NCBI GenBank assembly: GCA_964016885.1
Contig: OZ024742.1
Location: 184,946,001 to 185,010,000, forward strand
Direction: 5' to 3'
Source of the DNA: Eledone cirrhosa
Lineage: Eukaryota
DNA length: 64,000 nt
Within the stretch, counting starts at the first letter, position 1. Each line of letters begins with the position of its first letter. Below the pieces are notes generated by a model. The model was not told the DNA's origin, searched no databases, and saw only the letters and a program-made list of their open reading frames with translations. Below, one piece after another: positions 49,001 to 61,000 of this stretch. The translations under genes were made by a program, and so were the position numbers.

Positions 49001-52000
49001 GGGGTTAAGTTAAGTTGGGGTTAAGTTAACTTGGTGTTAAGTTAAGTTGGGGTTCAGTTAAGTTGGGGTTGAGTTAAGTTGGGGGTCAAGTTAAGTTGGG
49101 GTTAAGCTAAGTTGGGGTTAAGTTAAGTTGGGGTTAAGTTAAGTTGGGGTTAATTTAAGTTTTGGTTAAGTTAAGTTGGGGCTGAGTTAAGTTGGCGTCA
49201 GGTTAAGTTGGGGTTGAGTTAAGAAGGGGTTAAGTTAACTTGGGGTTAAGTTAACTTGGGGTTAAGTTAAGTTGGGGTTAAGTTAAGTTGGGGTTAAGTT
49301 AAGTTGGGGTTAAGATAAGTTGGGGTTAAGTTAAGTTGGGGTTGAGTTAAGTTGGGGTTGAGTTAATTTGGGGTTAAGTTAAGTTGGGGTTAACTTAAGT
49401 TGGGGTTCAGTTAAGTTGGCGTTCAGTTAAGTTGCGGTGAAGTTAAGTTGGGGTTAACTTAAGTCGGGGTTAAGTTAAGTTGGGGTTAAGTTAAGTTGGG
49501 GTCAAGTTAAGTTGGGGTTAAGTTAAGTTGGGGTTATGTTAAGTTGGGGTTAAGTTAAGTTGGGGTTAAGTTAAGTTGGGGTCAAGTTAAGTTGGGGTTA
49601 AGTTAAGTTGGGGTTAAGTTAAGTCGCGGTTAAGTTAAGTTGGGGTTAAGTTAAGATGGGGTTAAGTTAAGTTGGGGTTAAGTTAAGTTGGGGTTAAGAT
49701 AAGTTGGGGTTAAGTTAAGTTGGGGTTGAGTTAAGTTGGGGTTGAGTTAATTGGGGTTAAGTTAAGTTGGGGTTAACTTAAGTTGGGTTTAAGTTAAGTT
49801 GGGGTTAAGTTAAGTTGGGGTTAAATTAAGTTGGGGTTAAGATAAGTTGGGGTTAAGTTAAGTCGGTGTTAAGTTAAGTCGGGGTTAAGTTAAGTTCGGG
49901 TTAAGTTAACTTGCTGTTAAGTTAAGTTGGGGCTCAGTTAAGTTGGGGTTGAGTTAAGTTGGGGTCAAGTTAAGTTGGGACTAAGCTAAGTTGGGGTTAA
50001 GTTAAGTTGGGGTTAAGTTAAGTTGGCGCTAAGTTAAGTGAAGGTTAAGTTAAGTTGGGGTTGAGTTAAGTTGGGGTTAAGTTAAGTTGGGGTTGAGTTA
50101 AGTTGGGGTTGAGTTAAGTTGGGGTTGAGTTAAGTTGGGGTTACGTTAAGTTGGGGTTAAGTTAAGTTGGGGTTAAGTTAAGTTTAGGTTAACTTAAGTT
50201 GGGGTTAAGTTAAGTTGGGGTTAAGTTAAGTTGGGGCTAAGTTAAGTTGGGGCTAAGTTAAGTTGGGGCTAAGTTAAGTTGGGGTTAAGTTAAGGTGGGG
50301 TTTAGTTAAGTTGGGGTTGAGTTAAGTTAGGGTTGAGTTAAGTTGGGGTTAAGTTAAGTTGGGGTTAAGTTAAGTTAGGGTTAACTTAAGTTGGGGTTAA
50401 GTTAAGTTGGGGTTGAGTTAAGTTGGGGTTTAATTAAGTTGGGGTTAAGTTAAGTTGGGGTTGAGTTAAGTTGGGCTTGAGTTAAGTTGGGGTTGAGTTA
50501 AGTTGGGCTTATCTTAAGTTGGGGTTAATTTAAGATGGGGTTAAGTTAAGTTGGGGTTAAGTTAATTTTGGGTTAAGTTAAGTTGGGGTTAAGTTAAGTT
50601 GGGGTTATGTTAAGTTGGGGTTAAGTTAAGTTGAGGTTAACTTAAGTTGGGGTTAAGTTAAGTTGGGGTTAAGTTAAGTTGGGGCTAAGTTAAGTTGGGG
50701 CTAAGTTAAGTTGGGGTTAAGTTAAGTTGGGGTTAAGTTAAGTTGGGGTCAACTTAAGTTGGGGCTAAGTTAAGTTGGGGTTAAGTTAAGTTGCGGCTAA
50801 GTTAAGTTGGGGTTAAGTTAAGTTGGGGTTAAATTAAGTTGGGGTCAACGTAAGTTGGGGTTAAGTTAAGTTGGGGTTAAGTTAATTTGGGGGTAAGTTA
50901 AGTTGGGGTTAAGTTAAGTTGGGGTTAAGTTAAGTTGGGGTTAAGTTAAGTTGGGGCTGAGTTAAGTTGGGGCTGTGTTAAGTTGGGGTTAAGTTAAGTT
51001 GGGGTTAAGTTAAGTTGGGGTTAAGTTGGGGTTAAATTAAGTTGGGGTTAATTTAAGTTGGGGTTAAGTTAAGTTTGGTTTAGGTTAAGTTGGGGTTGAG
51101 TTAAGTTGGGGTTAAGTTAAGTTGGGGTTAATTTAAGTTGGGGTTAAGTTAAGTTGGGGCTGAGTTAAGTTGGGGTTAAGTTAAGTTGGGGTTGAGTTAA
51201 GTTGGGGTTAAGTTATGTTGGGGTTAAGTTAAGTCGGGGTTAAGTTAAGTTGGGGTTAAGTTAAGTTGGGGTTAAGTTAAGTTGGGGTTAAGTTAAGTTG
51301 GGGTAAAGTTAAGTTGGGGTTAAGATAAGTTGGGGTTAAGTTAAGTTGGGGTTGAGTTAAGTTGGGGTTGAGTTAATTTGGGGTTAAGTTAAGTTGGGGT
51401 TAACTTAAGTTGGGGTTCAGTTAAGTTGGCGTTCAGTTAAGTTGCGGTGAAGTTAAGTTGGGGTTAACTTAAGTCGGGGTTAAGTTAAGTTGGGGTTAAG
51501 TTAAGTTGGGGTCAAGTTAAGTTGGGGTTAAGTTAAGTTGGGGTTATGTTAAGTTGGGGTTAAGTTAAGTTGGGGTTAAGTTAAGTCGGGGTTAAGTTAA
51601 GTTGGGGTTAAGTTAAGTTGGGGTTAAGTTAAGTTGGGGTCAAGTTAAGTTGGGGTTAAGTTAAGTTGGGGTTAAGTTAAGTCGCGGTTAAGTTAAGTTG
51701 GGGTTAAGTTAAGATGGGGTTAAGTTAAGTTGGGGTTAAGTTAAGTTGGGGTTAAGATAAGTTGGGGTTAAGTTAAGTTGGGGTTGAGTTAAGTTGGGGT
51801 TGAGTTAATTGGGGTTAAGTTAAGTTGGGGTTAACTTAAGTTGGGTTTAAGTTAAGTTGGGGTTAAGTTAAGTTGGGGTTAAATTAAGTTGGGGTTAAGA
51901 TAAGTTGGGGTTAAGTTAAGTCGGGGTTAAGTTAAGTCGGGGTTAAGTTAAGTTGGGGTTAAGTTAACTTGGTGTTAAGTTAAGTTGGGGCTCAGTTAAG

Positions 52001-55000
52001 TTGGGGTTGAGTTAAGTTGGGGTCAAGTTAAGTTGGGACTAAGCTAAGTTGGGGTTAAGTTAAGTTGGGGTTAAGTTAAGTTGGCGCTAATTTAAGTGAA
52101 GGTTAAGTTAAGTTGGGGTTGAGTTAAGTTGGGGTTAAGTTAAGTTGGGGTTAATTTAAGTTAGGGTTAAGTTAAGCTTGGGTTAAGTTAAGTTGGGGTT
52201 GAGTTAATTTGGGGTTGAGTTAAGTTGGGGTTGAGTTAAGTTGGGGTTGAGTTAAGTTGGGGTTAAGTTAAGTTGGGGTTAACTTAAGTTGGGGTTAAGT
52301 TAAGTTGGGGTCAATTTAAGTTGAGGTTAAGTTAACTTGGGATTAAGTTAAGTTGGGGTTAACTTAAATTGAGGTTAAGTTAAGTTGGGGTTAAGTTAAG
52401 TTGGGGGTAAGTTAAGTTGGGGGTAAGTTAAGTTTGGGTTAAGTTGGGGTTAAGTTAAGTTAGGGTTAAGTTACGTTGGGGTTGAGTTAAGTTGGGGTTA
52501 ATTTAAATTGGGGTTAAGTTAACTTTGGGGTTAAGTTAAGTTGGGGTTAAGTTAAGTTGAGCTAAAGTTAAGTTGAGGTTAAGTTAAGTTGGGGTTAAGT
52601 TAAGTTGGGGTTAAATTAAGCTGGGTTGAAGTTAAGTTGGGGTTAAGTTAAGTTGGGGTTAAGTTAAGTTGGGGTTAAGTTAAGTCGGGGTTAAGTTAAT
52701 TTGGGGTTCAGTTAAGTTGGGGTTAAGTTAAGTTGGGGCTTAGTTAAGTTGGGGTTAAGTTAAGTTGTGGTTAAGTTAAGTTGGGGTTAAGTTAAGTCGG
52801 GGTTAAGTTAAGTCGGGGTTAAGTTAAGTTGTGGTTAAGTTAAGTTGGCGTTAAGTTAAGTTGGGGTTAAGTTAAGTTGGGGTTAAGTTAAGTTGTGGTT
52901 AAGTTAAGTTGGGGCTGAGTTAAGTTGGGGTCAAGTTAAGTTGGGGTTTAGTTAAGTTGGGGTTAAGTTAACTTGGGGTTAATTTAAGTTGGGGTTAAGT
53001 CAAATTGGGTTTGAGTTAAGTTAGGGTTAAGTTACGTTGGGGTTAAGTTAAGTTGGGGTTAAGTTAAGTTGGGGTTAAGTTAAGTTGGGGTTAAGTTAAG
53101 TTGAGGTTAAGTTAAGTTGGGTTTAAATTCAGTTGGGGTTAAGTTAAGTTGGGGTTAAGTTAAGTTGGGGATAAGTTAAGTTGAGTTTAAGTTAAGTTGG
53201 AGTTAATTTAAGTTGAGGTTAAGTTAAGTTGTGGTTAAGTTAAGTTGGGGTTAAGTTAAGTTGGGGTTAAGTTAAGTTGGGGTTCAGTTAAGTTGGGGTT
53301 AAGTTAAGTAGGGGTTAAGTTGGCGTTAAATTAAGTTGGGGTTAAGTTAAGTTGGGGTTAAGTTAAGTTGGGGTTAAGTTAAGTTGGGGTTAAGTTAAGT
53401 TGGGGTTAAGATAAGTTGGGGTTAAGATAAGTTGGGGTTAAGTTAAGTTGGGGTTGAGTTAAGTTGGGGTTGAGTTAATTGGGGTTAAGTTAAGTTGGGG
53501 TTAACTTAAGTTGGGTTTAAGTTAAGTTGGGGTTAAGTTAAGTTGGGGTTAAATTAAGTTGGGGTTAAGATAAGTTGGGGTTAAGTTAAGTCGGGGTTAA
53601 GTTAAGTCGGGGTTAAGTTAAGTTGGGGTTAAGTTAACTTGGTGTTAAGTTAAGTTGGGGCTCAGTTAAGTTGGGGTTGAGTTAAGTTGGGGTCAAGTTA
53701 AGTTGGGACTAAGCTAAGTTGGGGTTAAGTTAAGTTGGGGTTAAGTTAAGTTAGGGTTAAGTTAAGCTTGGGTTAAGTTAAGTTGGGGTTGAGTTAATTT
53801 GGGGTTGAGTTAAGTTGGGGTTGAGTTAAGTTGGGGTTGAGTTAAGTTGGGGTTAAGTTAAGTTGGGGTTAACTTAAGTTGGGGTTAAGTTAAGTTGGGG
53901 TCAATTTAAGTTGAGGTTAAGTTAACTTGGGATTAAGTTAAGTTGGGGTTAACTTAAATTGAGGTTAAGTTAAGTTGGGGTTAAGTTAAGTTGGGGGTAA
54001 GTTAAGTTGGGGGTAAGTTAAGTTTGGGTTAAGTTGGGGTTAAGTTAAGTTAGGGTTACGTTACGTTGGGGTTGAGTTAAGTTGGGGTTAATTTAAATTG
54101 GGGTTAAGTTAACTTTGTGGTTAAGTTAAGTTGGGGTTAAGTTAAGTTGAGGTTAAGTTAAGTTGAGGTTAAGTTAAGTTGGGGTTAAGTTAAGTTGGGG
54201 TTAAATTAAGCTGGGTTGAAGTTAAGTTGGGGTTAAGTTAAGTTGGGGTTAAGTTAAGTTGGGGTTAAGTTAAGTTGGGGTTAAGTTAAGTCGGGGTTAA
54301 GTTAATTTGGGGTTCAGTTAAGTTGGGGTTAAGTTAAGTTGGGGCTTAGTTAAGTTGGGGTTAAGTTAAGTTGTGGTTAAGTTAAGTTGGGGTTAAGTTA
54401 AGTCGGGGTTAAGTTAAGTCGGGGTTAAGTTAAGTTGGGGTTAAGTTAAGTTAGGGATAAGCTAGTTGGCGTTAAGTTAAGTTGGGGTTAAGTTAAGTTG
54501 GGGTTAAGTTAAGTTGTGGTTAAGTTAAGTTGGGGCTGAGTTAAGTTGGGGTCAAGTTAAGTTGGGGTTTAGTTAAGTTGGGGTTAAGTTAACTTGGGGT
54601 TAATTTAAGTTGGGGTTAAGTCAAATTGGGTTTGAGTTAAGTTAGGGTTAAGTTAAGTTGTGGTTAAGTTAAGTTGGGGTTAAGTTAAGTTGGGGTTAAG
54701 TTAAGTTGGGGTTAAATTAAGCTGGGTTTAAGTTAAGTTGGGGTTAAGTTAAGTTGGGGTTAAGTTAAGTTGGGGTTAAGTTAAGTTGAGGTTAAGTTAA
54801 GTTGGGGTTAAATTCAGTTGGGGTTAAGTTAAGTTGGGGTTAAGTTAAGTTGGGGATAAGTTAAGTTGAGTTTAAGTTAAGTTGGAGTTAATTTAAGTTG
54901 AGGTTAAGTTAAGTTGTGGTTAAGTTAAGTTGGGGTTAAGTTAAGTTGGGGTTAAGTTAAGTTGGGGTTCAGTTAAGTTGGGGTTAAGTTAAGTAGGGGT

Positions 55001-58000
55001 TAAGTTGGCGTTAAATTAAGTTGGGGTTAAGTTAAGTTGGGGTTAAGTTAAGTTGGGGTTAAGTTAAGTTGGGGTTAAGTTAAGTTGGGGTTAAGTTAAG
55101 TTGGGGTTAAGATAAGTTGGGGTTAAGATAAGTTGGGGTTAAGTTAAGTTGGGGTTGAGTTAAGTTGGGGTTGAGTTAATTGGGGTTAAGTTAAGTTGGG
55201 GTTAACTTAAGTTGGGTTTAAGTTAAGTTGGGGTTAAGTTAAGTTGGGGTTAAATTAAGTTGGGGTTAAGATAAGTTGGGGTTAAGTTAAGTCGGGGTTA
55301 AGTTAAGTCGGGGTTAAGTTAAGTTGGGGTTAAGTTAACTTGGTGTTAAGTTAAGTTGGGGCTTAGTTAAGTTGGGGTTGAGTTAAGTTGGGGTCAAGTT
55401 AAGTTGGGACTAAGCTAAGTTGGGGTTAAGTTAAGTTGGGGTTAAGTTAAGTTGGCGCTAAGTTAATTGAAGGTTAAGTTAAGTTGGGGTTGAGTTAAGT
55501 TGGGGTTAAGTTAAGTTGGGGTTAAGTTAAGTTAGGGTTAAGTTAAGCTTGGGTTAAGTTAAGTTGGGGTTGAGTTAATTTGGGGTTGAGTTAAGTTGGG
55601 GTTGAGTTAAGTTGGGGTTGAGTTAAGTTGGGGTTAAGTTAAGTTGGGGTTAACTTAAGTTGGGGTTAAGTTAAGTTGGGGTCAATTTAAGTTGAGGTTA
55701 AGTTAACTTGGGATTAAGTTAAGTTGGGGTTAACTTAAATTGAGGTTAAGTTAAGTTGGGGTTAAGTTAAGTTGGGGGTAAGTTAAGTTGGGGGTAAGTT
55801 ACGTTGGGGTTGAGTTAAGTTGGGGTTAAGTTAAGTTGGGGTTAAGTTAAGTTGGGGTTAAGTTAAGTCGGGGTTAAGTTAATTTGGGGTTCAGTTAAGT
55901 TGGGGTTAAGTTAAGTTGGGGCTGAGTTAAGTTGGGGTCAAGTTAAGTTGGGGTTGAGTTAAGTTGGGGTTAAGTTAACTTGGGGTTAATTTAAGTTGGG
56001 GTTAAGTCAAATTGGGTTTGAGTTAAGTTAGGGTTAAGTTAAGTTGGGGTTAAGTTAAGTTGGGGTTAAGTTAAGTTGGGGTTAAGTTAAGTTGGGGTTA
56101 AATTAAGCTGGGTTTAAGTTAAGTTGGGGTTAAGTTAAGTTGGGGTTAAGTTAAGTTGGGGTTAAGTTAAGTTGAGGTTAAGTTAAGTTGGGGTTAAATT
56201 CAGTTGGGTTAAGTTAAGTTGGGGTTAAGTTAAGTTGGGGTTCAGTTAAGTTGGGGTTAAGTTAAGTAGGGGTTAAGTTGGGGTTAAATTAAGTTGGGGT
56301 TAAGTTAAGTTGGGGTTAAGTTAAGTTGGGGTTAAGTTAAGTTGGGGTTAAGTTAAGTTGGGGTTGAGTTAAGTTGGGGTTAATTTAAGTCGGGGTTAAG
56401 TTAAGTCGGGGTTACGTTAAGTCGGGGTTAAGTTAAGTTGTGGTTAAGTTAAGTTGGGGTTAAGTTAAGTTGGGGTTAAGTTAAGTTAGGGATAAGCTAA
56501 GTTGGCGTTAAGTTAAGTTGGGGTTAAGTTAAGTTGGGGTTAAGTTAAGTTGAGGTTAAGTTAAGTTGGGGTTAAATTCAGTTGGGGTTAACTTAAGTTG
56601 GGGTTAAGTTAAGTTGGGGTTAAGTTAAGTTGAGTTTAAGTTAAGTTGGAGTTAATTTAAGTTGAGGTTAAGTTAAGTTGTGGTAAAGTTAAGTTGGGGT
56701 TAAGTTAAGTTGGGGTTAAGTTAAGTTGGGGTTCAGTTAAGTTGGGGTTAAGTTAAGTAGGGGTTCAGTTGGGGTTAAATTAAGTTGGGGTTAAGTTAAG
56801 TTGGGGTTAAGTTAAGTTGGGGTTAAGTTAAGTTGGGGTTAAGTTAAGTTGGGGTTAAGTTAAGTTGGGGTTGAGTTAAGTTGGGGTTAAGTTAAGTCGG
56901 GGTTAAGTTAAGTTGGGGTTAAGTTAAGTTGGGGTTAAGTTAAGTTGGGGTTAAGTTAAGTTGGGGTTGAGTTAAGTTGGGGTTAAGTTAAGTTGGGGTT
57001 GAGTTAAGTTGGGGTTGAGTTAATTTGGGGTTAAGTTAAGTTGGGGTTAACTTAAGTTGGGGTTAAGTTAAGTTGGCGTTCAGTTAAGTTGCGGTTAAGT
57101 TAAGTTGGGGTTAACTTAAGTCGGGTTTAAGTTAAGTTGGGGTTAAGTTAAGTTGGGGTCAAGTTAAGTTGGGGTTAAGTTAAGTTGGGGTTAAGTTAAG
57201 TTGGGGTTAAGTTAAGTCGGGGTTACGTTAAGTTGGGGTTAAGTTAAGTTGGGGTTAAGTTAAGTTGGGGTCAAGTTAAGTTGGGGTTAAGTTAAGTTGG
57301 GGTTAAGTTAAGTTGGGGTTAAGTTAAGTCGCGGTTAAGTTAAGTTGGGGTTAAGTTAAGATGGGGTTAAGTTAAGTTGTGGTTAAGTTAAGTTGGGGTT
57401 AAGATAAGTTGGGGTTAAGTTAAGTTGCGGTTGAGTTAAGTTGGGGTTGAGTTAATTGGGGTTAAGTTAAGTTGGGGTTAACTTAAGTTGGGTTTAAGTT
57501 AAGTTGGGGTTAAGTTAAGTTGGGGTTAAATTAAGTTGGGGTTATGATAAGTTGGGGTTAAGTTAAGTCGGGGTTAAGTTATGTCGGGGTTAAGTTAAGT
57601 TGGGGTTAAGTTAACTTGGTGTTAAGTTAAGTTGGGGTTCAGTTAAGTTGGGGTTGAGTTAAGTTGGGGGTCAAGTTAAGTTGGGGTTAAGCTAAGTTGG
57701 GGTTAAGTTAAGTTGGGGTTAAGTTAAGTTGCGGTTAAGTTAAGTTGGGGTTAACTTAAGTCGGGGTTAAGTTAAGTTGGGGTTAAGTTAAGTTGGGGTC
57801 AAGTTAAGTTGGGGTTAAGTTAAGTTGGGGTTAAGTTAAGTTGGGGTTAAGTTAAGTCGGGGTTAAGTTAAGTTGGGGTTAAGTTAAGTTGGGGTTAAGT
57901 TAAGTTGGGGTCAAGTTAAGTTGGGGTTAAGTTAAGTTGGGGTTAAGTTAAGTTGGGGTTAAGTTAAGTCGCGGTTAGTTAAGTTGGGGTTAAGTTAAGA

Positions 58001-61000
58001 TGGGGTTAAGTTAAGTTGTGGTTAAGTTAAGTTGGGGTTAAGATAAGTTGGGGTTAAGTTAAGTTGCGGTTGAGTTATGTTAGGTTTGAGTTAATTGGGG
58101 TTAAGTTAAGTTGGGGCTAAGTTAAGTTGGGGCTAAGTTAAGTTGGGGCTAAGTTAAGTTGGGGTTAAGTTAAGGTGGGGTTTAGTTAAGTTGGGGTTGA
58201 GTTAAGTTGGGGTTGAGTTAAGTTGGGGTTAAGTTAAGTTGGGGTTAAGTTAAGTTAGGGTTAACTTAAGTTGGGGTTAAGTTAAGTTTAGGTTAACTTA
58301 AGTTGGGGTTAAGTTAAGTTGGGGTTAAGTTAAGTTGGGGCTAAGTTAAGTTGGGGCTAAGTTAAGTTGGGGCTAAGTTAAGTTGGGGTTAAGTTAAGGT
58401 GGGGTTTAGTTAAGTTGGGGTTGAGTTAAGTTGGGGTTGAGTTAAGTTAGGGTTAAGTTAAGTTGGGGTTAAGTTAAGTTAGGGTTAACTTAAGTTGGGG
58501 TTAAGTTAAGTTGGGGTTGAGTTAAGTTGGGGTTTAATTAAGTTGGGGTTGAGTTAAGTTGGGGTTGAGTTAAGTTGGGCTTGAGTTAAGTTGGGGTTGA
58601 GTTAAGTTGGGCTTATCTTAAGTTGGGGTTAATTTAAGATGGGGTTAAGTTAAGTTGGGGTTAAGTTAATTTGGGGTTAAGTTAAGTTGGGGTTAAGTTA
58701 AGTTGGGGTTATGTTAAGTTGGGGTTAAGTTAAGTTGAGGTTAACTTAAGTTGGGGTTAAGTTAAGTTGGGGTTAAGTTAAGTTGGGGCTAAGTTAAGTT
58801 GGGGCTAAGTTAAGTTGGGGTTAAGTTAAGTTGGGGTTAAGTTAAGTTGGGGTCAACTTAAGTTGGGGCTAAGTTAAGTTGGGGTTAAGTTAAGTTGGGG
58901 CTAAGTTAAGTTGGAGTTAAGTTAAGTTGGGGTTAAATTAAGTTGGGGTCAACGTAAGTTGGGGTTAAGTTAAGTTGGGGTTAAGTTAATTTGGGGGTAA
59001 GTTATGTTGGGGTTAAGTTAAGTTGGGGTTAAGTTAAGTTGGGGTTAAGTTAAGTTGGGGCTGAGTTAAATTGGGGCTGTGTTAAGTTGGGGTTAAGTTA
59101 AGTTGGGGTTAAGTTAAGTTGGGGTTAAGTTAAGTTGGGGTTAAGTTGGGGTTAAATTAAGTTGGGGTTAATTTAAGTTGGGGTTAAGTTAAGTTGGGTT
59201 TAGGTTAAGTTGGGGTTGAGTTAAGTTGGGGTTAAGTTAAGTTGGGGTTAATTTAAGTTGGGGTTAAGTTAAGTTGGGGCTGAATTAAGTTGGGGTTAAG
59301 TTAAGTTGGGGTTGAGTTAAGTTGGGGTTAAGTTAAGTTGGAGTTAAGTTAAGTCGGGATTAAGTTAAGTTGGGGTTAAGTTAAGTTGGGGTTAAGTTAA
59401 GTTGGGGTTAAGTTAAGTTGGGGTTAAGTTAAGTTGGGGTTAAGATAAGTTGGGGTTAAGTTAAGTTGGGGTTGAGTTAAGTTGGGGTTGAGTTAATTTG
59501 GGGTTAAGTTAAGTTGGGGTTAACTTAAGTTGGGGTTCAGTTAAGTTGGCGTTCAGTTAAGTTGCGGTGAAGTTAAGTTGGGGTTAACTTAAGTCGGGGT
59601 TAAGTTAAGTTGGGGTTAAGTTAAGTTGGGGTCAAGTTAAGTTGGGGTTAAGTTAAGTTGGGGTTATGTTAAGTTGGGGTTAAGTTAAGTTGGGGTTAAG
59701 TTAAGTCGGGGTTAAGTTAAGTTGGGGTTAAGTTAAGTTGGGGATAAGTTAAGTTGGGGTCAAGTTAAGTTGGGGTTAAGTTAAGTTGGGGTTAAGTTAA
59801 GTCGCGGTTAATTTAAGTTGGGGTTAAGTTAAGATGGGGTTAAGTTAAGTTGGGGTTAAGTTAAGTTGGGGTTAAGATAAGTTGGGGTTAAGTTAAGTTG
59901 GGGTTGAGTTAAGTTGGGGTTGAGTTAATTGGGGTTAAGTTAAGTTGGGGTTAACTTAAGTTGGGTTTAAGTTAAGTTGGGGTTAAGTTAAGTTGGGGTT
60001 AAATTAAGTTGGGGTTAAGATAAGTTGGGGTTAAGTTAAGTCGGGGTTAAGTTAAGTCGGGGTTAAGTTAAGTTGGGGTTAAGTTAACTTGGTGTTAAGT
60101 TAAGTTGGGGCTCAGTTAAGTTGGGGTTGAGTTAAGTTGGGGTTAAGTTAAGTTAGGGTTAAGTTAAGCTTGGGTTAAGTTAAGTTGGGGTTGAGTTAAT
60201 TTGGGGTTGAGTTAAGTTGGGGTTGAGTTAAGTTGGGGTTGAGTTAAGTTGGGGTTAAGTTAAGTTGGGGTTAACTTAAGTTGGTGTTAAGTTAAGTTGG
60301 GGTCAATTTAAGTTGAGGTTAAGTTAACTTGGGATTAAGTTAAGTTGGGGTTAACTTAAATTGAGGTTAAGATAAGTTGGGGTTAAGTTAAGTTGGGGGT
60401 AAGTTAAGTTGGGGGTAAGTTAAGTTTGGGTTAAGTTGGGGTTAAGTTAAGTTAGGGTTAAGTTACGTTGGGGTTGAGTTAAGTTGGGGTTAATTTAAAT
60501 TGGGGTTAAGTTAACTTTGTGGTTCAGTTAAGTTGGGGTTAAGTTAAGTTGGGGCTTATTTAAGTTGGGGTTAAGTTAAGTTGTGGTTAAGTTAAGTTGG
60601 GGTTAAGTTAAGTTGGGGTTAAGTTAAGTTGGGGTTAAGTTAAGTTGGGGTTAAATTAAGCTGGGTTGAAGTTAAGTTGGGGTTAAGTTAAGTTGGGGTT
60701 AAGTTAAGTTGGGGTTAAGTTAAGTTGGGGTTAAGTTAAGTCGGGGTTAAGTTAATTTGAGGTTCAGTTAAGTTGGGGTTAAGTTAAGTTGGGGCTTATT
60801 TAAGTTGGGGTTAAGTTAAGTTGTGGTTAAGTTAAGTTGGGGTTAAGTTAAGTCGGGGTTAAGTTAAGTCGGGGTTAAGTTAAGTTGTGGTTAAGTTAAG
60901 TTGGGGTTAAGTTAAGTTGGGGTTAAGTTAAGTTAGGGATAAGCTAAGTTGGCGTTAAGTTAAGTTGGGGTTAAGTTAAGTTGGGGTTAAGTTAAGTTGT

